NCBI GenBank assembly: GCA_965226795.1
Contig: CBDDDZ010000005.1
Span: 832,001 to 896,000, forward strand
DNA from: Candidatus Latescibacterota bacterium
Lineage (GTDB): Bacteria > Latescibacterota > UBA2968 > GCA-2709665
Reading direction: 5' to 3'
DNA: 64,000 nt
Position 1 is the first letter of the stretch, and each line of letters starts with the position of its first letter. The notes beneath the pieces were generated by a model. It was given only the letters and a program-made list of their open reading frames with translations, had not been told where the DNA came from and did not search any database. Of the stretch, positions 19,868 through 29,462 are shown in pieces. The position numbers and the translations under genes were made by a program.

Positions 19868-21211
19868 ATGGAGAATACAGCTGAGCGGCCGGTTCGAGAG
19901 GCGCCGCGGGGAGTGGGGGGATTGCTGCGGAATATCGGTCCCGGCGTGGTTGTGTCGGGTTCGGTGGTCGGGTCCGGAGAGTTGCTGGTGACCACGCGCA
20001 TGGGGGCGGAGGTGGGTTTCGTGTTCCTTTGGGGGGTGATCCTGGCATGCCTGGTCAAGTTCTTCATTCAACTGGAACTCGGGCGCCAGTGCATTCTGCA
20101 CAATAGCACGACAATACAGGTACTGGACCGCGTGCCCGGGGTACGGCTGGCGAATGCGTCCTGGGCGGCATGGTTATGCGTGCTGGGTTATTTCTCTGTG
20201 ATGATTGCCGTGATCGGCATACTTGGGTCCGTAGCCGGATTGATGGTAACCCTCTTTCCCGGCGTCCAGTATAACGTATGGGCCGTGCTGATTTTTGCGG
20301 CCATCTCGGTACTGCTTTACCGGGGCTTGTACGCCGATCTGGAGCGGATGATCACCATTCTGGTCGCGGGTTTCAGCCTTGTCGTAATCGGTTCCGTGCT
20401 GGCCATGCAGACAACGCCGTACGCCGTGGGGGGTGCGGAGGTTTTGTCGGGGTTTCGCTTTGCCTTGCCCGCGGACGGGGCGTACATCGCCCTGGCCGTA
20501 ATGGGGTCGGTTGGCGCGACTGCGGTGGAATTGTTTATGTATCCTTACTGGGTACGGGAGAAGGGCTATGCGGATTTTGTGGGGCCGCGGGAGGATACTC
20601 CCGAATGGCGGGCGCGTTATCGGGGCTGGATGCGGGTCCTGAAAACAGACGCGCTGGTGTGCACCGGGATCGCGTTGGTGATTACCTGCGCGTACTATCT
20701 GCTTGGGGCCTCGATTTTGAAGAAGCTGAACGTGATCCCCCAGGGCATGGAGGTCGTGGAGCAGGTATCGCTCATTTTTACCCAAAGCATCGGACCATGG
20801 ACCAAAAACGTGTTCATGTTCGGCGCCTTCTGTACGCTGTTTTCCACGCTGCTCGTATTCACGGCCAGTTCAGGGCGCATCAGCGTGGATTTTCTGAGGC
20901 AGACGGGCGTCGCCAGTCTGGTTAACGGGGAGGTCCGTCTTCGGCTGCTGCGTGCATTGCAGATCGCTTTCCCGTTTCTGTGGCTCTGTGTGACCGTTGC
21001 AACCCCCGATACGCCGCTCGCCCTGGTGCTTATCGGGGCCAATGCCAATAACCTGCTGCTGATTCCGATGGCCTACGGGGTGGTGCACCTGGCGATGCGC
21101 GCCGCGGACACGGAACGGATGTCGACGTGGACTGAATTGGGACTGCTGATCACGATTTGGGCGATCGTCAACTTCACAGCAATCAACCTTTATTTGAATT
21201 GGATGCGTTAA
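19868..21211 (+). CDS. Nramp-like divalent cation/solute transporter (APC fold)
   Basis: 'IGPGVVVSGSVVGSGEL', 'YPYWVREKG'; about 11 TM helices. Confidence 0.8.
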   Translation: MENTAERPVREAPRGVGGLLRNIGPGVVVSGSVVGSGELLVTTRMGAEVGFVFLWGVILACLVKFFIQLELGRQCILHNSTTIQVLDRVPGVRLANASWAAWLCVLGYFSVMIAVIGILGSVAGLMVTLFPGVQYNVWAVLIFAAISVLLYRGLYADLERMITILVAGFSLVVIGSVLAMQTTPYAVGGAEVLSGFRFALPADGAYIALAVMGSVGATAVELFMYPYWVREKGYADFVGPREDTPEWRARYRGWMRVLKTDALVCTGIALVITCAYYLLGASILKKLNVIPQGMEVVEQVSLIFTQSIGPWTKNVFMFGAFCTLFSTLLVFTASSGRISVDFLRQTGVASLVNGEVRLRLLRALQIAFPFLWLCVTVATPDTPLALVLIGANANNLLLIPMAYGVVHLAMRAADTERMSTWTELGLLITIWAIVNFTAINLYLNWMR

Positions 21212-21236
21212 GGACCTGGAACGACCCGGGATCCTC

Positions 21237-21268
21237 AAGGGCGGCCGGTTGCAGCCGCCCTTTTTTTG
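21237..21268 (+). terminator. Rho-independent terminator
   Basis: AAGGGCGGC-CGGTTGCA-GCCGCCC followed by T7, between convergent genes. Confidence 0.85.
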
Positions 21269-21316
21269 TACCGGTCCCAGGGACTTCGGGCACGGGAAAC
21301 ACGGAGGCGGTCATTC

Positions 21317-23662
21317 CTAGGTCTCCACCCAGATGGGCGTGCTCCATCCTTTGGCGCCCATGGCATGCGCGACGTTGTTCGGGTATTGGGGGATGGGATC
21401 AGGTGACAGGACCTCGAGGTGGTAGTAGTGCTTTCCGGGGCGGTACCGTCGCAACTGGAATTCTTTTCGCTCTCCCCGGGTCTGGCCGATGAACCGGTCG
21501 TCGTGCATCAGACGCCCGTCCCTGTGGATGCGCAGGATGTATTCCCGGCCCGCTTCGCCCACAACGCGCCACTTCAGCACCGGGTCGTCCCGGACGACCC
21601 GCGAGCTGCCCATGATCTGATCGTTAAGTGTGAATTCGATCAGGATTTTCTGGCCCGCCGTTGCGTAGCAGCGTCTCGCTCTGATCGCGTTCAGGAAGGC
21701 GGCACGATCCAGGCGTTCGGCCCAGATTCCGGTGAGTGCGCCGCTCAAGCCGGGGTTGCGGTGATGGCTGTCCCCGCTACCGGTGAAGGCGAATTTATGT
21801 CCTGCGTTCAGGTATTTGAAGTAATTGTCGTAAAGGTCTATGTTGATCATCCAGGCGGCACACACGTCGACGCCCCACTCGACGTCCGTATCGTAGAGGT
21901 TCCATTTCCCGTTGTGGGGGTGGGGGAGCGGAAGGTAGCCTTTTTCTTTGAACCAGCCGAGACACTCCCTGGAGTTCTTGTGGGTATGCCGCTCACCCTT
22001 CGAGTGTTCCTCCTTGTACTTGAAGTGAAGCAGATCCATTTCCATTTCGTCTTCGTCCGACATGACCGATCGATGGTCCCGCCCGGAGTCCACCCGGTCG
22101 GTGATGGTCATTTCGTAGCCGGGAAACATGGCGAACCGTCCGGGTTCGTTGAGGACCATCGCGTTGCCTTTGACGTAGTCCCACTCGTAGTCCTTCAGGT
22201 GGCGCACGTTCTGGCGCGTCGGCAGGTTCCAGAAACAGTCGTTGTCTGAGACGGTGAGCCCGTCGATCTGCGCCTTGTGCCGGGCGTAGTGGCCCAACTC
22301 ATCCGGCTCGCCTTCCATTTCGATGGAGGCCGCCGAGTGGCAGTGCAGGTCCACCCAGAAGAGGTGGTATTTTCTGCTCTCCCCGCCGGGAAGCTCGTTC
22401 TGGGGGCGGTCCGTCTCTCGAGGTTTCTTGAACGGCAGCCGGACTTCCTTCCATTCGGTCAGGTCGATGCGGCGGTTTTCGGGGCACACAACGGGGAGGT
22501 CGGTGGAGAGGCGGACCTTTTTCAGGTACCGCTCATCGGTGATCATGTCCTGAGACAGGAGGTGGACCGTTGTCCCGACGGTGCCGTTGTGGGGAAGCTC
22601 ATAGAAGATGTTCCCTTCGGCCACAGTGCGGGGCTCCGACCAGACGCCGTCGGCGCAGGTATGGCCGAAGAGGCGGCCCCTGGAGGTGAGTGTGCCCTGC
22701 TCGCTGTCCGCCTTGGCCTCGTAGAAGAGCCAGACGCCACCGGCTTCTGCGCTTTTGAGGATGGGGAAGAGCCGTCTGCCCATGTGCCCCAGGTTGGACG
22801 GTTTCGGGAAGTCGGTCAACAGCCCGTAGTGGAGCGGCGCAATGTCGGCACCTCCGTCCCCGCCCGTCAGGGGTTCCCAGGACCGACCGTCCAGACGGGC
22901 GCCCCGCAGGGAGTACTTCTGCTGGAGGGTGCTGCTTCGGTACATCACGTCCACACCGCGCACCCACACCGCCCAGAGTGAACCGCCTGCGTCCCGGCAC
23001 AGGGTCGACCTGTTTTCCCACCCGTCGTCGCGGCTGATTCTGACCTCTTTCCGAGGCCCTGCCGGATCGACCGCACAGCCGTAGATGTCGTAGGTGCGGC
23101 CGATGTAGCTGTCCCAGATTATGTAGACGCCTTCCGACCCCCGTTCGACCATCCTTGGCCGGTAATTGTAGCGTGTCCGGTTTCCAATCGAATATGTTTC
23201 GGTCTCGCCATCGGGGAGGGTTCTGAGTATTTCGATGCGGCTGTCTCCCCTGACAGAGTGGGCCCAACAGATCCAGAGGGCGCCGCTTTCGTCGAGGAGG
23301 GCCTGCGGCTCCCAGACCTTCGCCGAGGCAGGCAGGATGTGGCGCTCCCGGCACCGGGTGAACGCGTTCCCGTCCTGTTTGCGGGTCCAAATCCCGTATT
23401 GGCGGCCGGTCTTTTCAAGCCAGACAAATACCACCTCACTCCCGTTCGGGATGCAGATGGGGCGCGTCTGCATGGTGTTGTTGGAGGATAGCGGTTCGAT
23501 GGGACCGGCGATTTCCCCGACGAATTTCCGGACAAACGTCCTGGATCCCTCGGCGCCGTAGGCTGCCCATGCGGTCCAGGACGTTTTGCCGTCCCGTAGA
23601 GTGCAGAGGTTGGGTTCGTAGCTGTCTCTTGAATAGACGCCTTCCGTGACGGCAAGGTTCAT
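21317..23662 (-). CDS. PHP-fold metallohydrolase (DUF3604/CehA-McbA-like) with N-terminal propeller-like domain
   Basis: 'VDLHCHS', 'LTVSDND', 'FPGYE', 'PHPH' and 'GSGDSH' metal motifs in the C-terminal half; GGGAG RBS. Confidence 0.7.
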   Translation of the reverse strand: MNLAVTEGVYSRDSYEPNLCTLRDGKTSWTAWAAYGAEGSRTFVRKFVGEIAGPIEPLSSNNTMQTRPICIPNGSEVVFVWLEKTGRQYGIWTRKQDGNAFTRCRERHILPASAKVWEPQALLDESGALWICWAHSVRGDSRIEILRTLPDGETETYSIGNRTRYNYRPRMVERGSEGVYIIWDSYIGRTYDIYGCAVDPAGPRKEVRISRDDGWENRSTLCRDAGGSLWAVWVRGVDVMYRSSTLQQKYSLRGARLDGRSWEPLTGGDGGADIAPLHYGLLTDFPKPSNLGHMGRRLFPILKSAEAGGVWLFYEAKADSEQGTLTSRGRLFGHTCADGVWSEPRTVAEGNIFYELPHNGTVGTTVHLLSQDMITDERYLKKVRLSTDLPVVCPENRRIDLTEWKEVRLPFKKPRETDRPQNELPGGESRKYHLFWVDLHCHSAASIEMEGEPDELGHYARHKAQIDGLTVSDNDCFWNLPTRQNVRHLKDYEWDYVKGNAMVLNEPGRFAMFPGYEMTITDRVDSGRDHRSVMSDEDEMEMDLLHFKYKEEHSKGERHTHKNSRECLGWFKEKGYLPLPHPHNGKWNLYDTDVEWGVDVCAAWMINIDLYDNYFKYLNAGHKFAFTGSGDSHHRNPGLSGALTGIWAERLDRAAFLNAIRARRCYATAGQKILIEFTLNDQIMGSSRVVRDDPVLKWRVVGEAGREYILRIHRDGRLMHDDRFIGQTRGERKEFQLRRYRPGKHYYHLEVLSPDPIPQYPNNVAHAMGAKGWSTPIWVET

Positions 23663-23796
23663 TGTGATGGCTCCCTGTCTGGTAGCGGTGCCGAGAGAGG
23701 CGCGAAGCAGTCCATGAGAGGTAACATGTCCGGGAGGGACCGGGGTCGGGATCTCCGGCGTGGATCATTCGCGGCCGGTATTTCTTGTTCGGGGTA

Positions 23797-25426
23797 CTAC
23801 CTTGATTTCCAGGGTTCTCCGCATGACGTCACTTCCTCATGGATCGTGGCGTCGGGTCCGAAGCGGATATGGCGGAAAGCGAAGGCGACGTGGTGCCTTC
23901 CGAATAGGGCGTGGGTAAGACCCCACTGGCCCATTGTGAGAATGACTGTTGCTGTCAGACCGATGAAGAGTGTGTACCCGATCCACGTGGCGTAGGTACC
24001 ATCGGACTGGATGAGCGGATGATGCGCGGCATCGGTCTCCACGATAAACGCCGCCAGGATCGTGCAGATAACCGCGTTGAGTGTAATCAGTCCCTCTGTG
24101 ACCAGTCGCTGCGGACTGAATTCTACAATCTTCAGGGCGAAGTTGAAATTGACGACCCACCACAGAAAGACCAGATAGAAAAGCTGGCCCTTGCCCAGCC
24201 ATGTATCGGGAATGAATGAAAGGGGCTGCGAGCGGTGTGTCTGCATCAGCCAGAAAACGGCGATGCCAATGGCTATGTAGATCAGTTCAAGCCATCCAAT
24301 CCAACCCCTGGACCGCACAAACCAGCCCGAAACCGGCAGACCGTAGGGTTTCTCAGGTAACGATTCCACTCGATCCACCCAGCTTGCGGAAGCTTTTCTG
24401 TGATTCAGATAGGTGAGTCCTACCAGAACGAATCCTGCCGCGAACATCCCGGTCCACTGGGGTGGAGAGATGGTATTCGAGCCGACCGGACAAATGGTCG
24501 ATAGAAGCCCCACGGAAATGGCGATCGCAATGCCGTGAAACAGGCCCTGGGTCTGTTCCATGATACTGTGCCAATTGGTATGCAATCCGGTGCGAATATT
24601 CAGCAATTTCAGGAACTGATCCAGGCTGAAGCCGATTCCTCCGATGAATCCTGTGACCAGCCCGGCAAGGGAAAGACCGTACAGGTCGTACCGCCAGCAG
24701 TAGATCAACAGGCCGGCGGTAAGGCCGACACAACCCGCCCAGTTGTCGCCCCTGGGCGGTGTCATCCGGAGCTTGAGGACGACGACAAGCACCAGAAAGG
24801 ATACGAACCATCCGACCGTAAGGTGAAGCACCAAGGAGGTGGCAACGTCAAAGCCTCCACGGAAGCAGGCGACAATAATCCCGGCGGCCATCGCCACCAG
24901 GCTCGCCAGCCAGTCGGTATCGTACCAGTAGAGAGCGGCTTTACCGGATTTTCTGGCGCCCGAATAAAGCATGTCTACCAGAACCGACTGCAGCGCCCAC
25001 CCCGAGAAGATCGCGGCCAACGGCGCAAAGAAAAGTGCAAGCCGGTCTCCGGTGAAAAATACCGGCAGTGCGGTTCCCGCGCCGCCCACAAAAGCCCACA
25101 GGAAGCCGATGACGAAAAGGTTGGCGAATCCGTAAAGCACAGAGGGCGGGTGGCCGGAGTGCGTGTAGCCTACAACGCCCATGTATGACATGCTTCCGCC
25201 GAAGGACCATCCGAGCGCGCCGAACATGGCGAAGTAGTGGACGTGCTGCATCCAGTCGGAACGGCCGGAGACCAAAACGGCCGCAATAGCCGCCAGTGCC
25301 GCCCGGTATGGCCGCGCCGTATTCGTGGCCGAAATTGCCCCGGATGCCCCATCCCACCGATAGGGAAAGGCCGCAGAAGGCCACGTGTTGCCATGTGATG
25401 CCCGCTGTTGCCAGGTGCAGGTCCAT
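23797..25426 (-). pseudogene. Polytopic membrane protein split by a 1-nt frameshift near 25300 (about 542 aa if repaired)
   Basis: One frame gives '...GWGIRGNFGHEYGAAIPG'. One extra G later the other frame continues 'ALAAIAAVLVSGRSDW...'. Confidence 0.75.
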
Positions 25427-25438
25427 ATCAGGCTGTCC

Positions 25439-27532
25439 TCAGCCGAGGTCGATAACGAGGTTTCCGTAGTTGTCTACATTCACCGTACACCCGGGGGGAA
25501 TGAGCGTTGTGGAGTCGATTTCCTCGACAATGGCGGGGCCCGGGAAGCGGTTGTTCGCCTTAAGGCGATACCGGTCATAAATCGCGGTTGTTGTCCGCCC
25601 GGCGGATCCGGGCATGTGTACATCGCGTTCAGCCTTCAGGGCGGCGTGCGCGGATGGTTTGCCCCTGGGAAGCTGCCGCCGGCTGGGGCGGGGAACGGCT
25701 CCCACGGCGGAGAGACGTACATTGACGATTTCCGTGGTTTCATCCCGGGTTGCGAAACCGTACTGGCGTCGGTGCGCGGTGAAAAAAGCGGCGTTCAGTT
25801 TCCGGGGAAGATTCTCCGACAACCGGCCGACGGGTACCCGAAGTTCGTAGGATTGGCCCGTATACCGCATATCCGCCTCCCGGATGAACCGGATATTGGA
25901 TTGGGAGACACCCTCGCTCAAAAGCAGGCGGGTCCCATTTTCTTCGAACTCACGGTAGATGCTCGAAAGGCCGGAAAGGTCCAGTTCGTCCGTCTTTGAA
26001 ATGTAGGTACGAACGTAGTCGTGACGCAGGTCGGTAACCAGCAGACCGAGCGCCGTGGTAACGCCCGGGCTGGGCGGTACAAGGACGGTGCGGATATGCA
26101 GCGCCTTTGCAAGCGCGGCGGCGTGGAGGGGGCCGGCGCCGCCGAAAGCGACCAGTACGAACGCGCGGGGGTCCACGCCTTTCTGGACCGAAACGAGTTG
26201 AAGGATGCCCGTCATGTTGGCGTTGGCGATTTCAATCAGGCCGGCGGCGGCTTCTTCGACTGGCATATTCAGCGGCCCGGCGATGCGCCGGTCGATCGCT
26301 TTTTTTGCGAGAGACTTGTGAAGGCGGAGTTCTCCGCCGAGGAAATAATCAGGATTGAGGCGGTCGAGAACTAGGTTTGCGTCCGTGAGCGTCGGTTCCG
26401 ACCCCCCTCCGCCGTAACAGGCGGGTCCCGGCGCCGCACCCGCGGATTGCGGGCCGACGGCAAGCGCCCCGCCGGGATCTACTTGGCCGATGCTTCCGCC
26501 GCCGGATCCGATTTCGACCAGATCGATGACCGGCGTTTTAACCGGATATCCCTGGCCCTTGTCCCGGGTGGTGGTTGCAACCGCCGCGTCGCCAACTTCG
26601 AATTCGGCGGCCAGGCGCGGCCGGCCGTTTTCAATGAGGGCTGCCTTCGCGGTCGTGCCGCCGATGTCCAGCGAAATAAGGTTTTCGAAACCGGCGAGTT
26701 GGCCGATGTACGTAGCGGCGATGACGCCCGCCGCCGGGCCGGATTCGATGAGTTGTACGGGCTGTTGTCTGGCGGTGCCGGAGGCGATGATCCCACCGCC
26801 CGAGGTCATCAGGAACAGGCCGGAGCCCGGGCTCACGTTCCCGAGCCGATCCTCCAGCCGTTCCACGTAGGCGCCCACAGCGGGAAGCAGGGCGGCGTTG
26901 ACGGCGGTCGTGCTGGCGCGGGTATATTCGCGGTACTCGGGACAGATGTCGGAGGAGATGCAGACGGGCAGATCGGGACAGGCTTCCCGGATGATCTCAG
27001 CGGCGCGGCGTTCGTGGGTCGTGTCTCTGTAGGCGTGCAGGAAGCAGACGAGAATCGCTTCCACGCGGTCTCTTGCCAATTTACGGGCGGCGCGGTAAAC
27101 GGCGCCTTCGTCCAACGGGACAAGCAGCCCGCCGTGGGCGTCGATGCGTTCGGGTACGCCAATGCAGAGGTGCCGCGGCACGAGCGGAGGGGGTTTGTCG
27201 TAATCGAGGTCGTAAAGGTTCGGACGGATCTGCCAGGCGATCTCAAAGAGATCGCTGAAACCCTGTGAGGCGATGAGACCTATCCGGGCGCCTTTCTGTT
27301 GAATGATCGTATTGGTTGCCACGGTGGTGCCGTGAACCACGAAACGCACCTGTGCGGACGTGAGATCCTGGTTGGCGAGGCCCCTGGTATACGCCTCCAT
27401 GAAAGCCCGTGAAGGATCGTCCGGGGTGGAGGAAACCTTAACGGGATGGAAGTCGCCGGTTTTTTCGTCCATCACCACGGCATCGGTGAACGTGCCGCCG
27501 ATGTCGATTCCGATGCGGTATGAATCATTCAT
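25439..27532 (-). CDS. Hydantoinase A/5-oxoprolinase family ATP-dependent subunit
   Basis: 'GIDIGGTFTD', 'HGTTVATN', 'ESGPAAG', 'DIGGTT' and 'FGGAGPLHA'. Confidence 0.95.
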   Translation of the reverse strand: MNDSYRIGIDIGGTFTDAVVMDEKTGDFHPVKVSSTPDDPSRAFMEAYTRGLANQDLTSAQVRFVVHGTTVATNTIIQQKGARIGLIASQGFSDLFEIAWQIRPNLYDLDYDKPPPLVPRHLCIGVPERIDAHGGLLVPLDEGAVYRAARKLARDRVEAILVCFLHAYRDTTHERRAAEIIREACPDLPVCISSDICPEYREYTRASTTAVNAALLPAVGAYVERLEDRLGNVSPGSGLFLMTSGGGIIASGTARQQPVQLIESGPAAGVIAATYIGQLAGFENLISLDIGGTTAKAALIENGRPRLAAEFEVGDAAVATTTRDKGQGYPVKTPVIDLVEIGSGGGSIGQVDPGGALAVGPQSAGAAPGPACYGGGGSEPTLTDANLVLDRLNPDYFLGGELRLHKSLAKKAIDRRIAGPLNMPVEEAAAGLIEIANANMTGILQLVSVQKGVDPRAFVLVAFGGAGPLHAAALAKALHIRTVLVPPSPGVTTALGLLVTDLRHDYVRTYISKTDELDLSGLSSIYREFEENGTRLLLSEGVSQSNIRFIREADMRYTGQSYELRVPVGRLSENLPRKLNAAFFTAHRRQYGFATRDETTEIVNVRLSAVGAVPRPSRRQLPRGKPSAHAALKAERDVHMPGSAGRTTTAIYDRYRLKANNRFPGPAIVEEIDSTTLIPPGCTVNVDNYGNLVIDLG

Positions 27533-29283
27533 CCAGTCGCACTCCGTTCAAGGCGCTGACGCAGAACCTTCGTCGCCTCGGGATCGACGGTCCAGGTCCT
27601 GGCATTGTAGACGACACCGTAGGTTTTGCGGGCGGCTCGAGGCGTTATTTTCTTGTCCCGGACGTCCCGGACGACGGCATCCGGGTCGCGTTCGTGTGGG
27701 TGGCCGTGGCCCCCGCCGCCCGGCGTCTGCACGCTCACGCGGCCGCCCTTGGGCACTATGATGCTCACTTTTGAGGGCAGTCTCTCGGCCTTGCCTTCCG
27801 GATCTCGGATGAACCGTGCGGGCCGGCCGTTGCCACCGCCCTCGAGCCCCCATGGAGGAAACCGCGTGCCATCCGAGAGGACGGTGAATGTGGTATCGCA
27901 GTCGGGAAATTCGAAATCCCTTCTGATGCCAAGGCCGCCGCGAAACCGGCCTGAGCCGCCGCTGTTCGTGATGAGGCCGTAGCGGGCAAAGCGGATGGGA
28001 TAATTGATTTCCACCTCTTCGATCGGCGCGTTTTCGGTGTTGTGGATGGTCGTCTGGATGGCGTCGGGGCCGTCTTTGGCGGGGCGGGCGCCGTTGCCGC
28101 CGCCAACGGTCTCCATGTAGCAGTAAAACGCTTTTTTTCTCGGGTCGATGCCGGCAAAACCCAGGTTGCAGATAATGCCTTTGCCGCAGGCGGGAATCCT
28201 GTCCGGCAACACGTTGTGCAGAGCGGTGAGGGTAAGTTCCGCCGTGAGTTGCGCCAATTCCCACGCGCCTACAACGGCTGCGGGCCACATTGCGGTGAGC
28301 ACGGTATTGTCCGGTCCGATGACTTCCAGGCATCGATAGAGGCCGTCGTTGACCAGGATGCGCGGATCGATCAGGCTCTTGATGACCACCGCAATGGCGG
28401 CCAGGGCATTGGAGCGGGTGGCGTTCAGCGGGCCGGTCTGCTGCGGCGCGGAGCCCGTGACGTCCAGTTTGGCGCTTCCATCGGCGATATGGACGGCAAC
28501 GGCGATTTTGACCGGTTTGTCGTCGAATCCGTTGTTGTCGCGAAAACCTTCGGCCTTATACACACCGGTCGGCAATGCGGCGATCTCGCGCCGCGCCCAT
28601 CGCTCCGTATAGTCGAGCAGTTCGTCGAAGAAGGCTTCGACCTGGCCGATCTCGTAACGATCGATCAGGTCGGCGATGCGTCTTGCCCCAACAAGGTTCG
28701 CTCCCATCTGCGCGCGCAGATCGCCGCCGGTCTCGTGGGGCGCGCGCACGTTTTCCAGTATCAGACCCAGGACGTTGTTGTCGATTTCCCCCCGCCGCAT
28801 GATTTTCGTGGGAGGTATGATGATGCCTTCCTGGTAGATTTCGCGGTTTACTCCCAGGCTGCACGGCGTGCTGCCCCCCACGTCGACGTGGTGAGCCATG
28901 TTGGCGAGGTACCCGAGACGGGTCGTTCCGGCATAGACCGGCGCGATCAGCGCGATATCGTTGAGGTGGCTGCTTCCGCGATGGGGATCGTTCAGGATGA
29001 GGCCATCGCCGGGCGCGAGATTCTCTGCGCCGTATTCCCGGAGGGCATTCGGGATTGCGGTCTTCATGGATGAGAGGTGCGGCGGCTGGGAGAAGGATTG
29101 CGCCACCACCCGGAATGCCGCGTCGAAGAAGGCGCAGGAAAAATCAGCCCGTGTTTTGATATTGGTGGAGTACGCGGTGCGGCGTATGGTATACGCCATC
29201 TCTTCGGTGGCGTTGAGCAGCGCGTTCTTCATCACTTCAAAGGTGATGGGGTCCATGCTGAGGTGGGACGATTGATCGGGCAT
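27529..29283 (-). CDS. Hydantoinase B/5-oxoprolinase family subunit
   Basis: 'DPITFEV', 'NDPHRGSSHLND', 'HHVDVGG', 'GRFRGGLG' and 'TPGGGGHG'; 4-nt overlap with the partner gene. Confidence 0.95.
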   Translation of the reverse strand: MPDQSSHLSMDPITFEVMKNALLNATEEMAYTIRRTAYSTNIKTRADFSCAFFDAAFRVVAQSFSQPPHLSSMKTAIPNALREYGAENLAPGDGLILNDPHRGSSHLNDIALIAPVYAGTTRLGYLANMAHHVDVGGSTPCSLGVNREIYQEGIIIPPTKIMRRGEIDNNVLGLILENVRAPHETGGDLRAQMGANLVGARRIADLIDRYEIGQVEAFFDELLDYTERWARREIAALPTGVYKAEGFRDNNGFDDKPVKIAVAVHIADGSAKLDVTGSAPQQTGPLNATRSNALAAIAVVIKSLIDPRILVNDGLYRCLEVIGPDNTVLTAMWPAAVVGAWELAQLTAELTLTALHNVLPDRIPACGKGIICNLGFAGIDPRKKAFYCYMETVGGGNGARPAKDGPDAIQTTIHNTENAPIEEVEINYPIRFARYGLITNSGGSGRFRGGLGIRRDFEFPDCDTTFTVLSDGTRFPPWGLEGGGNGRPARFIRDPEGKAERLPSKVSIIVPKGGRVSVQTPGGGGHGHPHERDPDAVVRDVRDKKITPRAARKTYGVVYNARTWTVDPEATKVLRQRLERSATG

Positions 29284-29462
29284 TCGCTATCTCCCTGTCA
29301 CCCTTCCCCGAGAGGGAATTGAGAGGTACCTATTGAGGAGTGTTATCCGGTACGATACGCCGGTGAATCTGGAGATCCATCCTCAAGTTCGAACCGTAAG
29401 ACTTCGTCTTCTACATGATCAGGCTTCTTGCCCGCTTCCTGCCCTCCGCCACCGGCAGAGGG

